Notes: generated from the letters alone by a model not told the origin. A DNA stretch of 64,000 nucleotides from Felis catus (GCF_018350175.1 NC_058368.1:12152001-12216000); one strand, 5' to 3'. Numbered from the stretch's first letter, positions 1 through 13,340 are shown. Translations and numbers: made by a program.

Positions 1-1058
1 ATCCAAATCGTATTAGTTACACTAAAGAGTGATATATTTTCTGCCATTTTTCCATGCTGGTGATATATTCCAACTAATTAATTCACTTTCTGCTTCAACC
101 AATTCCCCTGGTGACTCAGGACATCAATTCAAGCCTGTGGCCAGGGGCAGAGGGACAATCATTGAGTAGACCAAAGGATGCTAATTGGGCCCATCCAAGT
201 CTGAACCATTGCCCTTGGTCCTAGCCAACAACAGAGACTGGCCATATGCAAAGAAACAGCAAATTCCATTTCATAATGTATGAGAAGTACAGCTATACAT
301 CTCAGTGAGAAACAGGTCATAATATTGTGAATTTAAACACAGGCATTTAGACAACCTGAAGTACTATATCAAATATTTGAGATAAATGTGGTTGAGATAG
401 TTACTTTAAAAATGCATGCTGTGGAGCCTTAATCTTGCTGGTCAGCGATATTTTAATCATCTTTTGTTGACTCTTCAGGAAGTTCACTATGGTGGCTTTG
501 ACTTTTTTTCATAGTCCTCCAGCTTGCTCCCTCTTGGCAGCTGCCCTAGCCTTCTATTGTACTAGAAGACAGAAACCATTAGTGTTAAGTTTCCTGGCAT
601 TCCCCTGCCCACCGCCATCAGCCTGTCACCTCAAAATATATGTGTACGCCTTCGTTTCTGCCTCCAACTCTGTCTGTAGCTGTACCTACCTTTCTTCTTT
701 TCTTCTCTCAAGAAGATATAGTCCTTCCTCACTTTGGACCAAAATGTGTTGACTTGATATTTCCTTTAATTTGCATACAAATTTAAATGTCAGATAATGT
801 TGAAAGGTTTTATTGTGAAATCACCAAACCTCCTGATTTTGCCCCTTTCAACTCTTCCAGTTGTTTTTTCTTGGTATTTCACCACACAGTTAAAAATGAG
901 GTGTATGTACCCCCTTTCTCTTGAGGCATTGATACAATTGCCCAATACAGTTATAATCATAATTCTCTTTTACATTCATACAAAGTATAAATAAGTAAAA
1001 GTCATTCACAGTGGAGCCAAGTAGTGTACTATAGCTTTTCCTTTATCATACAACTTTT

Positions 1059-1278
1059 TTTTTTTTAATTTTTTTTTTAACGTTTTATTTATTTTTGAGA
1101 CAGAGACAGAGCGTGAACAGGGGAGGGGCAGAGAGAGAGGGAGACACAGAATCTGAAACAGGCTCCAGGCTCTGAGCTGTCAGCACAGAGCCCGACGCGA
1201 GGCTCGAACTCACAGACCGTGAGATCACGACCTGAGCCGAAGTCAGAGGCTTAACCGACCGAGCCACCCAGGCGCCCC
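1059..1278 (-). mobile_element. CAN-SINE (felid SINEC)
   Basis: Reverse of GGGGCGCCTGGGTGGCTC head, CT tract and polyA. TSD TATCATACAACTTTT at 1044-1058 and 1279-1293. Confidence 0.95.
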
Positions 1279-1299
1279 TATCATACAACTTTTAACTTT

Positions 1300-2445
1300 T
1301 TTTTCCTAAGGAAGGGATTACCTCATTTTCTTTCTTTCTTTGAGTGCAGTTCTGATGCTTGTTTTGTCTCCTTAGATTGTGTTTGGTTGTTTTTGCCTTC
1401 TAGCATGTAATTTTGTAATGTTTTGTTGAACACCGGACATGATCTATGTGGTCAAAGGAACCAACAGGTTTGATTGTGAGGTTTTACGTTACTCTGGCTA
1501 GGAGTCAGGCTGTGTTTTCCGTTTGCCGTAGCTGTGGTATCAGAAGCTAAAATTTCTTCCAGTGTCTTTGTTATTTGTCTCTCTTATCATCTTTCCTTTT
1601 TTTCTAGAAACTTCTTTTGTTTTAAATTTTTTTAATGTTTATTTATTTTTGAGAGAAAGAGAGACAGAATGTGAGTTGGGGAGGGGCAGAGAGAGAGGGA
1701 GACACAGAATCCGAAGCAGACCCCAGGCTCTGAGCTGTCAGCACAGAGCCCGACATGGGGCTCGAAATCATGAACCGGGAGATCATGACCTGAGCTGAAG
1801 TTGGACGCTCAACTGACTGAGACATCCAGGCGCCCATAGAAACTTCTTAGAGTCTGAGGCTCACAGTACTGTTGTTTATAATCCCCTGTTATTATACAGG
1901 AGTCCTTTGATGTGGCGGTAAGGTGTGGGGGGAAGGGGAATCATTCTGTAGTCCCATGACTGGGTCTCCATCTGTTGCTGAACCTGATTTGGATATATCT
2001 CTTCCTCCATAACAAAAGCTAGTGGGAGCTGAAGTTGGGTATTTCCTGCCTCCTAGGATGGTTAGGCATTGGTAACCCCCGAGTTGGTTAGCTCTGGTAA
2101 AGCAGTTTGAGAGCAGGTCTTGTTAAGGAGAACTGAGAGGTATGAGCTGTTTCAGAATTGTTACTTTTCCCTCCTCCTGTCAGAAGCAGGAGAGGCCTTT
2201 TCTCCTGTCTTCACAGTGAGAATCTTCCAGGGCCGGTGGAAGTAAATTTCACAGAAGTGTGGGGGGCCCCTTCAGAGTTTTAAACTCCCAAGCTTGTTCA
2301 CACTGAATCTTCAGCTATCAATTACAGCTTAAAGGTTGCTGCCTCAAAGAAGAATTGTTGATTTTCAATTTGTTCAAGGTTTTTCTTGTTGTGAGGATGG
2401 GAGTCCTGACTTCTAAGCTTTTTACATGTCAGCCTAGAAACCTGA
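1300..2445 (-). mobile_element. Old L1 (L1M-type) 5' region fragment, interrupted by a SINE
   Basis: T-rich sequence resembling the antisense of ancient L1 5' ends; recognition only. Confidence 0.4.
1617..1836 (-). mobile_element. CAN-SINE
   Basis: SINEC head and tail. TSD TAGAAACTTCTT at 1605-1616 and 1837-1848. Confidence 0.93.
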
Positions 2446-2812
2446 AATCCTTCACTTTAAATTTCTTGCTAAGCTTTCATATTTACTCCGAAAACCCTAT
2501 GAAATCTCTCTCGACAAAGTTTATAAGATATCTACCTTTGGTGCGTGTGTTTGTTTCCTGGAGACATCCCCCTCGAAGCCCTCTGTTCTCCGGCTTCCGT
2601 CTGGAATGCTTGAGCTCAAAATTGGCTAAGTCCTGAAGCTTCCTTTTGCTACAGTCTTACAAATTCCCTTCATGTTTTATCTGCCTTCTTACCTCTGTTT
2701 CATGCAACTCATGGTTTCTCCTTTTTTGGCTTACTTCCTTGTGTTAGTGGAGCACATATTTTCATAGCTTGGGAAAAAAGATACATTGAAAGCATCTTTT
2801 AAAAGATCTTTA

Positions 2813-3060
2813 GGGGCGCCTGGGTGGTGCAATCGGTTAAGCACCCAGCTCTTGATCTCGGCTCAGGTCATGATTTCACAGTTTGTGAGTTCAAGTCCTG
2901 CTTTGGGCTCTGTGCTGATGGTGCAGAGCTTGCCTGGGATTCTGTCTCTCCTTCTCTCTGCCCCTCCCCTGCTTATCCTCCCTCCCTCCCTCCCTCCCTC
3001 CCTCCCTCCCTCTCTCTCTCTCAAAATAAATAAATAAACTTATTTTTTTTAATTAAAATA
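2813..3060 (+). mobile_element. CAN-SINE (older subfamily)
   Basis: GGGGCGCCTGGGTGG head, (CCCT)n/(CT)n, AAATAAATAAA tail. AAGATCTTT flanks both ends. Confidence 0.92.
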
Positions 3061-3898
3061 AGATCTTTCTCCTATTTTCTAATGCTTTATTTTTCTTACT
3101 AGTTCTAAAGGTATTTTCTTATTTTCCAATACTTTTACCAAATTTAAAATCTTATTTTTATTTGGCATATTTTTAACTTCCAAGAGTTCTGCTTTGGATC
3201 TCTAGTGTTCCTATTTATTCTTATCCTGTTCTTGTACCATAGATGCGAAATCTTATCTCACTTGAAAATATTAAAGACGCTTTTGACTCTTGCATGAGGA
3301 GTTTTCCTTCATGTATCTGGTGTGTCTTGGCTGTTCTTTTCTATTCAAGAATGAGTCACTATAAAGCTGTCTGGAAGCTTTATGTGCAGAGGCAGGGCTT
3401 GTGGCAGAGAGAGCTTTACTGCCAGCTGCTCTGATGGAGTCCTGGAGCCAGCTTGGCGGAAAGGGCTGCGGGTCCCACTCTTGCTACGCGGAATTTGATC
3501 GACTCTCCTAACTGCCCCACCCGTGCTCTCCTCCAAATGTGCTGTCCCCAGAGCTGCTGCCTCCTTGGATCCATTTCTTCAGAGAGAGTAAGTTCCCTGT
3601 AGGGCTAGAGAATGGGTGGCGCCAGACTGTGTTACGAGTGGAAAATTGGGGTAATTGATCCCGTTTTCAGGCCTCCAGCTGCCTGTTCCTTTCGTAGCAT
3701 CTCAGACCTTGAGCCTTTCTGGAGCCGTGCCAGGCGAATCATCTTGTTTCTCATACATACCCTCCTCAGCTAATTTCACAGACCAGTCCTTCATTTTCCT
3801 TTCCTTTCCATATACCTCGCTCAATTTCAGTGAAAGCAGATATGCCTTTTATCCTCTTCATATCGAGGGTAGTTTCGAGAGAAAGGGAGCAAGGTATC

Positions 3899-4109
3899 TT
3901 TTTTTTTTTTTAATGTTTATTTATTTGGAGAGAGAGAGAGAGAGAGCATGAGTGCAGGAGGGGCAGAGAGAGGAAGAGAGAATCCCAAGCTGGCTCCCCA
4001 CTATCAGCACAGAGCCCGACATAGGGCTCCATCCCACGAACCCTGAGACCATGACCTGAGCCGAAGACAAGAGTTGGGAGCTTTACCAGCGGAGCCACCC
4101 AGGGACCCC
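3899..4109 (-). mobile_element. CAN-SINE
   Basis: polyT, (GA)n, GCACAGAGCCCGAC, ATGACCTGAGCCGAA, GAGCCACCCAGG. Confidence 0.92.
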
Positions 4110-5355
4110 AGGGAATAAAGACATCTTGACTCCAGCAACTCAGTGCCCTCAGCCCCTGGTGCCATGCTTCTTGCTTCTAGACATAAGCCTTGTGTCAGAA
4201 CATGTTTAATTGGGGTGTAAATTAGTTCCAGACTATGGAGGCAGCAGCGTCACTTAGAAGGACACGGTGGGGAGGGGGAGGAGGTGCAGGATTCAAGCCC
4301 TCAGGCTCCCTGCTCTGCTCAGAAGAGTTGGAACCGTCCAGAAATGCTCAGTTTCCACAGGCTACAGAAGCAGCCAGAGCCCAATCTAGTGTCTCCATGA
4401 GGTGCTTCAGCTCTGGAGAGTTTGGCAGGGCTTCAGCTTCCCAGGAACCCACTTGCTGGCGTCTTGAAGCCTTCATAGAGTTCTCTTTGTCACTTTGGTA
4501 GTAGCTTTTGGTCCACTGCCCTGGGGCGCTTGCATAGGCTGCCTTCTCCATCTTTTGAGCTTTCCAGCTGCCTGCTCTGGTTTCTGTAGTCTTTTTACGG
4601 TCTCCCTGTTTATTTTGCTGGGACCTTAAAAGTCTAGAATCATCTACTTTAGATCACAGCTGGTGCTGCACAGTATTTTGCTTCATCGAAAAGATGAATT
4701 CTCCTTCTCCTTGACCTTTCCTCCTCTATGCACAAACAGGTGCAGAGCTCCTCACCTCGAAAAAGTTTCTCTGTACTCTGTGAACCCCCCAAGTGACCGT
4801 CTTCTTGCACTCCTTCCGCCGGCCAACTCCTCAGACGAGGAGGTACAGACGGCCTTTATCTCCTCACCTCCCACACTCTCTGATGCTTCACACCGCAGTC
4901 CGGCTTGAGCCCTCTTTAGTTGTCTTTTCTCAGCAAGTTTGATCATCTCTCCTTTTGGAAGTGCTCCTCTCCTTAGCTTGAAACGCACATTATCCTGGGA
5001 CCTCTGGCACTCCCCTGTGGGTTTTGTTTTCTTTTCTTCTCCTTTCTTACACCACCACCTCTCCTCATAGATGGATGCCCTTACCAACAGTCGGCCCTTG
5101 GCTTTTGGTTGTTTCTTTCAGAACACCCTTATCTTATCTGCCATCCCAGCATCAGAATGTCTGGTCCAAATCTCCAGGCCGTATCTGCCTTTTTAGTCTA
5201 TTTCCCTGCACAAATAGGTGTTTTTACTACAAATACACTGTGAGGCCTCTTTTCTTCATGTTTTGCCTTTCTACTATCCTTGCCTCCAGATCTCCTCGTA
5301 AATTTTATTCTATAAACCCCAAATGTTGTCACATTTCTTATGAAATTAAACAAAA

Positions 5356-5562
5356 TTTTTTTTAATGTTTATTTTTGAGAAAGAGAGACAGACTGTGAGT
5401 GGGGGAGGGGCAGAGAGAGAGAGGGAGACACAGAATCCGAAGAAGGCTCCAGGCTCTGAGCTGTCAACACAGAGCCCGACGTGGGGCTCGAACTCGCAAA
5501 CTGTGAGATCATGACCTAAGCTGAAGTCTGGAACTTAACTGACTGAGCCACCCAGGTGCCCC
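5356..5562 (-). mobile_element. CAN-SINE
   Basis: Full SINEC. TSD TCTTATGAAA at 5336-5345 and 5563-5572. Confidence 0.93.
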
Positions 5563-7269
5563 TCTTATGAAACTTTTCCATCCAATTCAAAATAGGATAA
5601 TTTCTCTTTCCTCTGAATTCCTGGAACGGTATCATGTATGTCATTTGTGAACACTCAACAACATATTATCAACATTCTTTATCCTGTTTCTCCAATGCAG
5701 TATTGTCTTTGAAGGCAGGGTGAGGGGTCAGCTACGATTTGAAGTCTTCAGCTCCTCACGGTTGCTTTGCCCATGGTTGCTACTCAGAGAGGTTGTTGGT
5801 GACAATATCCATTCCTCCCCATAGGGGCTGAATGTTGTGGCTGAGGAGCTGAGAGCTTGTGAGGCTGGGGCTGTGTTTGGGCCCATGGAGGTCAGTGGAC
5901 TTCCTTCTGCTCTCTTGCCTGGCATGGGCTCACAGAGCACACAGAGAAGGACTTACAAGAAGGGACTGAAGGGTGAAGGAATGTGGATGATGGGTGGCTT
6001 GGGAACCACCTTGTGGTTGTTGAAAATCATCACCGTGACAGATCTCAGTAAGTAAATTTTAAAATTTCCCTTCCTTGGATGCATCAATAACTTCACCTTC
6101 ATATTCAAAGCACAGCAAGTAATTAATCTCTTGTTTGCCAGAGAACAAAGCACTAAATGAAACCCACATTTTAGAATTCGAAGGTGGCTGTGAAAGACGA
6201 GAACCAAAATCAAACTGAACAAGTGAGGGGCAGTGCGAGCAGTTCTCACGCTTCAGGAACCCGCCGGTCAATAACCACAAACAGAAACTTGATAAACAGC
6301 AAGTTCTGGAAATAAACCTTAATTATCATGAATGTTCATCGTCGAGTTAAATTAACTATCACCTGGGAATATCTCTGCAAATGCGGGAGCCTTGGATGTC
6401 CAACTTAGGAGAGATGAACTTCAAATGTGAGCATTAATCAACTTGGTCATTCTTTTTAACCACGGCTCCAAAAACAAACAAACAAACAAACAAAAAAACC
6501 AAAACAAAACAAAAAAACCACTTCTCTCTCTTTTTTTAAACTGTTGGTTAAATAAAAGTAGCAATAAATACAATCTGCCCTGAACAGACCATACATCAAT
6601 AAGTGAACACTTAGCCTAAGCTACTTTTCCATGAGACCCATGATGCATTTCTAATTGAAACTTAACAAGCTACGATCCAGCAAATGCTCCAGTCGTCAGC
6701 TCTAGAAGGGAAATGTGGTCCTGCACGCAGACATAAATGCTTTTTAGTTTAGCGGGGAGCGAGTGTGCCTGCACAGTTGTGTGGTATAATTTTTTTAATT
6801 GCTTAAGTGTCACTTTGTTATTTCACATTTATTGAAAAATGTAAATGCCACATGTAAAAGAATAGCAGTATGTCTTGTTCCAGTCCGATGGCTTAATCTT
6901 ACTAATCACGATAATATATGCTAGCTGGAGTTGGGAATATTTAATGAAATATTGGAATAAATTTATTGTGCTAACATGTAAAGGAAATTAATAAAAGCAC
7001 CTGCATTTGCAATGTTCAAAACTTTACCAATTTTAAATGTGTAAGAAACAGCACAGGGATGATCATCCCACAAGAACAGACGGACTCATACCTCGGCGGA
7101 GATCTTAGTCATTCAGCACAGGCACAGGTGTGCTGGGAGTGAGTCCCACGGTACTGGAGGGGGAGGGAGATATTTGCAGGATCTTACATTTGTCTGTGTT
7201 TTCTGTGATGGAGTCATCTGTGTGCACATTTTTACGTTTGCATTTCACAGGCCTCAAAGGTGGCAGAAC

Positions 7270-7365
7270 AGACACAGACATCTGCATCTTACATATGAGA
7301 ATCTTAAGCCTCGGAGAAGAGATTGTTCCAAGATCACAGAGGTGGAGCCCAGGTCGCTCCACTCG
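7270..7365 (-). mobile_element. MIR fragment
   Basis: Degenerate MIR core (CATCTTACATATGAGAATCTTAAGCCTCGGAG...AAGATCACA). Confidence 0.5.
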
Positions 7366-8489
7366 CCACCAGATGGACATCAGTTATTCGTAGGTCATGC
7401 ATGTATACACATCTTCAAATGGACACTGTGTCCCCACAACCTGTCAAAAGGGCTCTCTCTCAACTGGGTTGAAGTCACCAATCTCTTTTGTTGTAGTGGG
7501 TGGGAGTGGTTGCTTGGGCTAAATCCCTCCTCCCCTTTCCCTTCTCCGTTCAGGAGGCATTGGTGGGACCCTGGGACCCTGGGCTCCAGCAGAGCTGCGC
7601 GCAAAACTTTACACAGATAAGTGACTTGCTAAGTCAGAGCTGAAAGCGAAACCGTGATTATTCATAAAAGGATTTTTTTTTAAAAATAGGTAAATAACAG
7701 TTACTCAAAATTGAAACCTTGGTACGTCGTTTTTTCTTAAAAAACAAAAATGTGTAATAAGAACAATCAAAACTGTCGTGACAGGAACTCGCCACCTTTC
7801 CCTTCCTTTGGGCCGTGGGCAAGTAATTCTGCAACGTCTAACTCAACAACCGGCGCTGGTTTGAAATGGTTACAAGATAACCGTATGAAGGAGAGTAAAG
7901 CAAAGTGTCAATGCAACCCACGCGTCTCCTTTGTCGTCCTTGAAGGCTTTCTACACGGGTCCCTGGGGACCTACCCTCCGTCCCTGCGCGTCCCTGCTCT
8001 CCCTAAAGACTCTAAGAAAGTCCGCCACCAGTCGCTGTCTCAAGGCATTCGGAGTTCCCACCTGGCTTTCCCCCACCTTACCCTCCCAATCGGTTTCAGG
8101 CAAACGGCTCTAACAATGTCGGCCTAAAGCTGTTCTCGGCCTTCGAGTGGAGGCCACGAGAAAGCAGGTGCTCCCCCACCGCCGGGCTCCGGGAGGGCAG
8201 GCAAAGAGCCCGCGCTGAGCTCGGGGAAAGTTGGTGGGCCGCCTTTCCTCCTCGACGAACACCCGCTCCGTGGCTTCTCCCAGGGGAAAGAGAAGGTGGC
8301 CGGGAGGCCGCTTGCGTCGCCAAACATCCCCCCGCGCTCCTGGGAGCAGCGAAGGACAGGTGCCTTTTCTCCGACGTCCCCGAGAGGCGCCCAATGCACC
8401 TCGCTCGCTGCCGCGCCCCCTCCGCGGCACGCGCTCGCCCTCTGCGCCCCGCGCCCTCCCCATTCCCGGGAGCGGGGAGGCTCCGGCTC

Positions 8490-8624
8490 GCAGGTAATTA
8501 TTGCCAGCGGGGCCCGGCGGGGAAGCGGGGGTGGGCGCGCCGGCAGGGGCGGGCGGCGCGGCGGGGCGCGGGCATAAAGGGGCGCGGCGCGGTGCGGCGC
8601 CCCAGCGCCCGGCTCCCGCGAAGC
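8490..8624 (+). promoter_or_regulatory. KL proximal promoter: GC boxes, EGR-like site, TATA-like CATAAA
   Basis: GGGGCGGG at ~8546-8553, GCGGGGGTG at 8525-8533, CATAAA at 8573-8578, TAATTA at 8495-8500. Confidence 0.65.
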
Positions 8625-9449
8625 ATGCCCGCCCGCGCCCCGCCGCGCCGCCCGCGGCCGCCGCCGCCTCTGCCGCTTTCGCTGCTGCTGCTGCTGCTGC
8701 TGGGCCTGGGCGCCCGCCGCCTGCGCGCCGAGCCCGGCGACGGGGCGCAGACCTGGGCCCGCTTCGCGCAGCCTCCGGCCCCCGAGGCCGCCGGCCTCCT
8801 CCACGACACCTTCCCCGACGGCTTCCTCTGGGCCGTGGGCAGCGCCGCCTACCAGACGGAGGGCGGCTGGCGGCAGCACGGCAAGGGCGCGTCCATCTGG
8901 GACACGTTCACCCACCGCCCCCCGGCGCCCCCCGGCGCCCCCCCGGTAGCCCGCCCGCCGTCGGGCGCCCCGTCGCCGTCCCCGCCCGCTACCGGGGACG
9001 TGGCCAGCGACGGCTACAACAACGTCTTCCGCGACACGGAGGGGCTGCGCGAGCTCGGGGTCACCCACTACCGCTTCTCCATCTCGTGGGCGCGGGTGCT
9101 CCCCAATGGCAGCGCGGGCGCCCCCAACCGCGAGGGGCTGCGCTACTACCGGCGCCTGCTGGAGCGGCTGCGGGAGCTGGGCGTGCAGCCCGTGGTCACC
9201 CTGTACCACTGGGACCTGCCCCAGCGCCTGCAGGACGCCTACGGCGGCTGGGCCAACCGCGCCCTGGCCGACCACTTCAGGGATTACGCCGAGCTCTGCT
9301 TCCGCCACTTCGGCGGCCAGGTCAAGTACTGGATCACCATCGACAACCCCTACGTGGTGGCCTGGCACGGCTACGCCACCGGGCGCCTGGCCCCTGGCGT
9401 CCGGGGCAGCGCGCGGCTCGGGTACCTGGTGGCGCACAACCTCCTCCTG
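8625..9449 (+). CDS. KL: Klotho exon 1 CDS (signal peptide + N-half of KL1 domain), aa 1-275
   Basis: ATG at 8625 ([10 protein letters not shown]...). GH1 signatures [47 protein letters not shown]. Donor CTG|GTGAGT at 9449/9450, phase 0. Confidence 0.97.
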
Positions 9450-9857
9450 GTGAGTTCGAGGGGCCGGGCAGAGGGCCACGCGGGGAGAGGGCCTCTGGAG
9501 ATGCCAGGGGCGAGTGGGGGGCCGAGCCTTCAGCCTAGAGGAAGTTCCATTTGAACACATTCCTGAAGTCACCTAGGGTTGGCATCTTGAGGGGGGGGGG
9601 GCGGGAGCTGAGCAGCTGGGGCTTTCCTGGGAAGCCAGGCATTTGGGAACGGGGAGAGAAAAAGGAAAGTTCCTTTCTCTAGGTGTATGGGAATCCCTAG
9701 AGGTAAGGAGGGGACGATTTCCCAATAGTAGCTAAGGGGAGAGTGAGGAGGGTGGATGAAAGAAACAGGTTTGTTAGGAAGACGAGCAGGTGGCATTAGC
9801 CTCTGCTAGAGTTTGTGGAGATGTCATGGGTTCAGTGTTACTCCAGTAAGATCTGTG

Positions 9858-9859
<2 letters not shown>

Positions 9860-9922
<63 letters not shown>
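9860..9922. repeat. Compound (TG)n(AG)n microsatellite
   Basis: Seen directly, ~400 bp into intron 1. Confidence 0.95.
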
Positions 9923-9925
<3 letters not shown>

Positions 9926-11987
9926 CATGTTCACAGTGCAGCAGATGCAAAGGTCTCAAAATGGCATCTCCTGGAGAACTGAGCTTAAACTGTCTTTGGA
10001 AGTTCTTTCTAATGGCAGGCAGAACTGCGTCCATCAACCGTACTAACCATCAGGGCAGTGAAGACCCCTTGGACAATCTTAAACAGGGCTATAGCCGTAA
10101 AAACACAGAAGCAACTACAGGATGATCTAGATTGTGCCCTACAACAACAGTATTCCCAAGATCCTTTCTCCAGTTCAGAGGACTCCTTGGTGATGAGATG
10201 ATCCTTAGCCTGACGCACTTGATTTTGACACCCTTGTGCAGAAGGCTTAGTACATCCTGACGGCAGGAGTTCCTGATATGCCATGATCAGGTTGTCTCTC
10301 AGTTCTTCTTCCTAGTTCTTCACTCAGTGCTCAAGATTAGGTCCCACTGATTTGAGGGTTCCTTTATGATAATGTCAGTCGTTGGCACATTTTGTACAGA
10401 GTTTTATACCACGAGAGAAAGAGTTGTTTTTTTTTTTCTGTATATGTGCAAACATTTTAATAAAAGTGTTTACATGTCTGACTTCTCGTACTCTATTTTG
10501 GTGACTAGTGGGCTTACGGAAGACCTATTTTAAATTGAGAATTAAGCCACAGATTTTGAACAAATTCAAGATGAAAACCACTTCTACACACTTTTCATGG
10601 AAGCCACTGAGGCAGAACAGGACTGGGTTGTTGAGGTGACTAAGCACTCTGAGCTCCTGGTTATGTTGGAATAATGGCTAAATAAGATCGTATGTCAGCT
10701 CCTGTGTGCTACCACGGGGCATAGAAGAATGTTGGATTTGTTTGACAACAAAATTGTGATTTCAGATTGATATATATTCTTCTCGTTAAGATACTTTAGA
10801 GCAATAGTAAGGAAGTTTATCAGTCTGTCAATTCTTTAAGGAACCAAAATACCTTAAACACCACCTGTTCATTGTTGGTGATAGAAAAGGTATGGGAAGA
10901 AATGGTCCCTCTTTTGAAGAGAGCATAAGCAAATTTTAGTTCATACCAGAAACAAACAAGAAATTGGTAGACCAGCTGGAGGGTCCGATAGACCATTCCT
11001 GCAAAATCACTACTTTAGGATTTAAATCATACAAGTTCTATTTTTAGAGTGCATGTATTAAACTCTGTATGTATACAAAAAGTCATCAGTTTTTATTGCA
11101 GTGACTTACATGATCCTTTCACGTATAAAATCAGGACTGGGGACTGAAGGAGCTTTCTAGTAGACTGGTATTTGAAATGGTAAACATGCTTTTTTTTGAT
11201 CCTTGTTCCCACTCTTGGCCCTCTGATTAACTTTTCAGTTATAGTTTTGTGTCTTTACACACAAAAAACTTGACAAACACTAACCATCCTTCCCAGAAAC
11301 ACAGTGGACTTTGTATTCATAAGAAATTAGTTAACAGGTGGACGTTTGGTTTTGCTGAGGCTGCAAACAAAATGCTAGTAGCTGTAAAATATTAATTTTG
11401 CTTTCAAATTTCTTTGGTTTGGAATGTAGCCATTCTTACATACTATGAAGAGGTAACTTGTCGTTATCAAAAACAATAGCTGAATTTTTTCATATGAGGT
11501 ATTTGCATTGTGTTTTCAATGTTCTTTCTTGGTGGCTGTGTTAGGGACAGGAAGGTAGGGAAGTTTGGACCTTATTTGAAAAGGTAAGACATATTGTGCA
11601 TAAATGGGTAATAGAACATTTCAGCCAGGGCTTAGATATTGCTGTTAAGGCCACTAAGCCCCTAGCATATTCTTTTGCATTTGGGGATCTGATGCTGGTG
11701 AAGGAGCAAAGTGGCCAGCACCCCTTCCCTGCCCCATTGTGTGCTTCCACTAATTTGCGGACTAAAGAGACCCCCCCCCCAGGGAGACTGGGGATTTGAA
11801 CCAACCTTCTCTCCTAGCCTCCCACCCTCACCCCTGCGCTAACCCCGAGTTCAAGAATCGTTGTCTGATGGCCTGGAGGACAGGAGGCAGGTCAGACAAA
11901 CAGCAGGTTGAATAATGGAGGGTTCTGCTCAAAATGGAAGTCTCCATATTCTTTTGGGTTCCTGGTACTGAGATAAACCTTGAAAAA

Positions 11988-11989
<2 letters not shown>

Positions 11990-12030
<41 letters not shown>
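11990..12030. repeat. (TG)~20 microsatellite
   Basis: Seen directly. Confidence 0.95.
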
Positions 12031-12032
<2 letters not shown>

Positions 12033-12499
12033 AAAAGAGAGCCAGAGTCAGAGACTGGGAGAAACAGAACTAAAAGGTTTTCCCCAGAGAGCTCTAGGAC
12101 CACCCCCCCCCCCAGGTTGTTTTGCTCATCTGAGTATAACCCAGAAAGAGGACACACCTTTTCTTTGTGACTTGTAGAGAGACTGCTATACCTTCACAGC
12201 TCCTGATGTCCCCTGAAAAACTAGCATTGAGGCCTGTAGTTGGGGTTCTGGCCCCAGCAGTGCCTCTGAGTTTTTATTCTGCCCATGGGTTTCTGAGAGG
12301 GCCAGGACCGAGCTGAAGGTACGCGTGGGCTTCCCATGTGGGAGTCTTGCAAATGTTTGTACAGGGAACCTGTGGAAAAAGACACTTTCTTTCACTTAGG
12401 ACGTGGGACTAGGCGAGAATACTTTGGATGCTAATGGATGGTACAGACATGATTGGCATCGAGCAGGCTATGCATTAACATCAAAGCTCACATCTTAGC

Positions 12500-13340
12500 C
12501 GATCTGTCTGCAGCATTTGTCTAGACACTGTTCTCTTTCTTGACACACTTCCTCAACTTGACTCTCTTGCTTCCCCTCTCAGCTCACTGGAGATTTCCGT
12601 GTCCTCCTCACCTTGCCTCTAGATATTGGAGGGCCCAGGGCTCCATCATGGCACCTTTTCTCTAGATTCACTCCAGGTGAACTCTTTGAATGCTCTAGAT
12701 CCTGATGGCTCCAAGTTTGGAGTCTCCAGCCAGACTTGTGCTCTGAGCTCCAGACGGTCCTGTGCTTCCCATACCCATTATGGCAACTCTGAACTTTCAG
12801 TTGGCGGGGCCCCAAGCCTTAACTCTTCCCTTTCTCTCACATCTTACTTGCAATCTATCAACAAATCCTACTGCCCTACCTACCTTCAAAACGTACCCAG
12901 AATCCAACCACTTCTCCTTCTATCTGGAGCTACAGATTCAAGTCCCTGTCAGATTCTGCCTGGATAATTGGAATAGACTCGTAGCCGATGCCCGTGCTTA
13001 TGCCCTTGCGCCCTGTGGTGTTTCATGATGGACATTCTCAAGGATATCGTCCTGTGTGAGCAAGACAAAGTCCCTCATTTATTAAAATCCCACCTTTCCT
13101 TGAAAAACCAGTTCACATTTGAACTGGTCTTCCCTTCGGTTCCACACCCGAATGCCATATCTTCCTTCCCCGGAACCCCACTGTGCCTCATTTCTGATGC
13201 CTTCTACCGCACGCCTCCTTCATGTGACCATTTCCTCCTTTCACTGCCCACTGACTGGGCAATTCCTTAAGTAAGGAAGTCATATTCACTTGATCTCTCC
13301 TAAAGTGCCATCTTGTCCTTGGTAGGTGCTCAGTGAATGC
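12500..13340 (+). mobile_element. L2 fragment(s)
   Basis: L2-like CAATCTATCAACAAATCCTACTGCCCTACCTACCTTCAAAACGTACCCAGAATCCAACCACTTCTC, and GTAGGTGCTCAGTGAATG at the 3' end. Confidence 0.55.

Larger units (their letters stand above)
7900..9530. promoter_or_regulatory. CpG island covering the KL promoter and exon 1
   Basis: Very high GC content and dense CpG compared with the AT-rich flanks. Confidence 0.92.

Noticed and set aside
6260..6560. Cluster of GTTAA/TTAAC half-sites ~2.2 kb upstream of KL
   Set aside because: Spacing does not fit the full HNF1 palindrome, and such half-sites are common in AT-rich DNA.
8124..9572. 482-aa antisense ORF and the 345-aa and 115-aa alternative-frame ORFs over exon 1
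   Set aside because: Expected shadow ORFs of a very GC-rich coding exon (stop-codon depletion). Low-complexity R/G/A/P composition and no recognisable domain.
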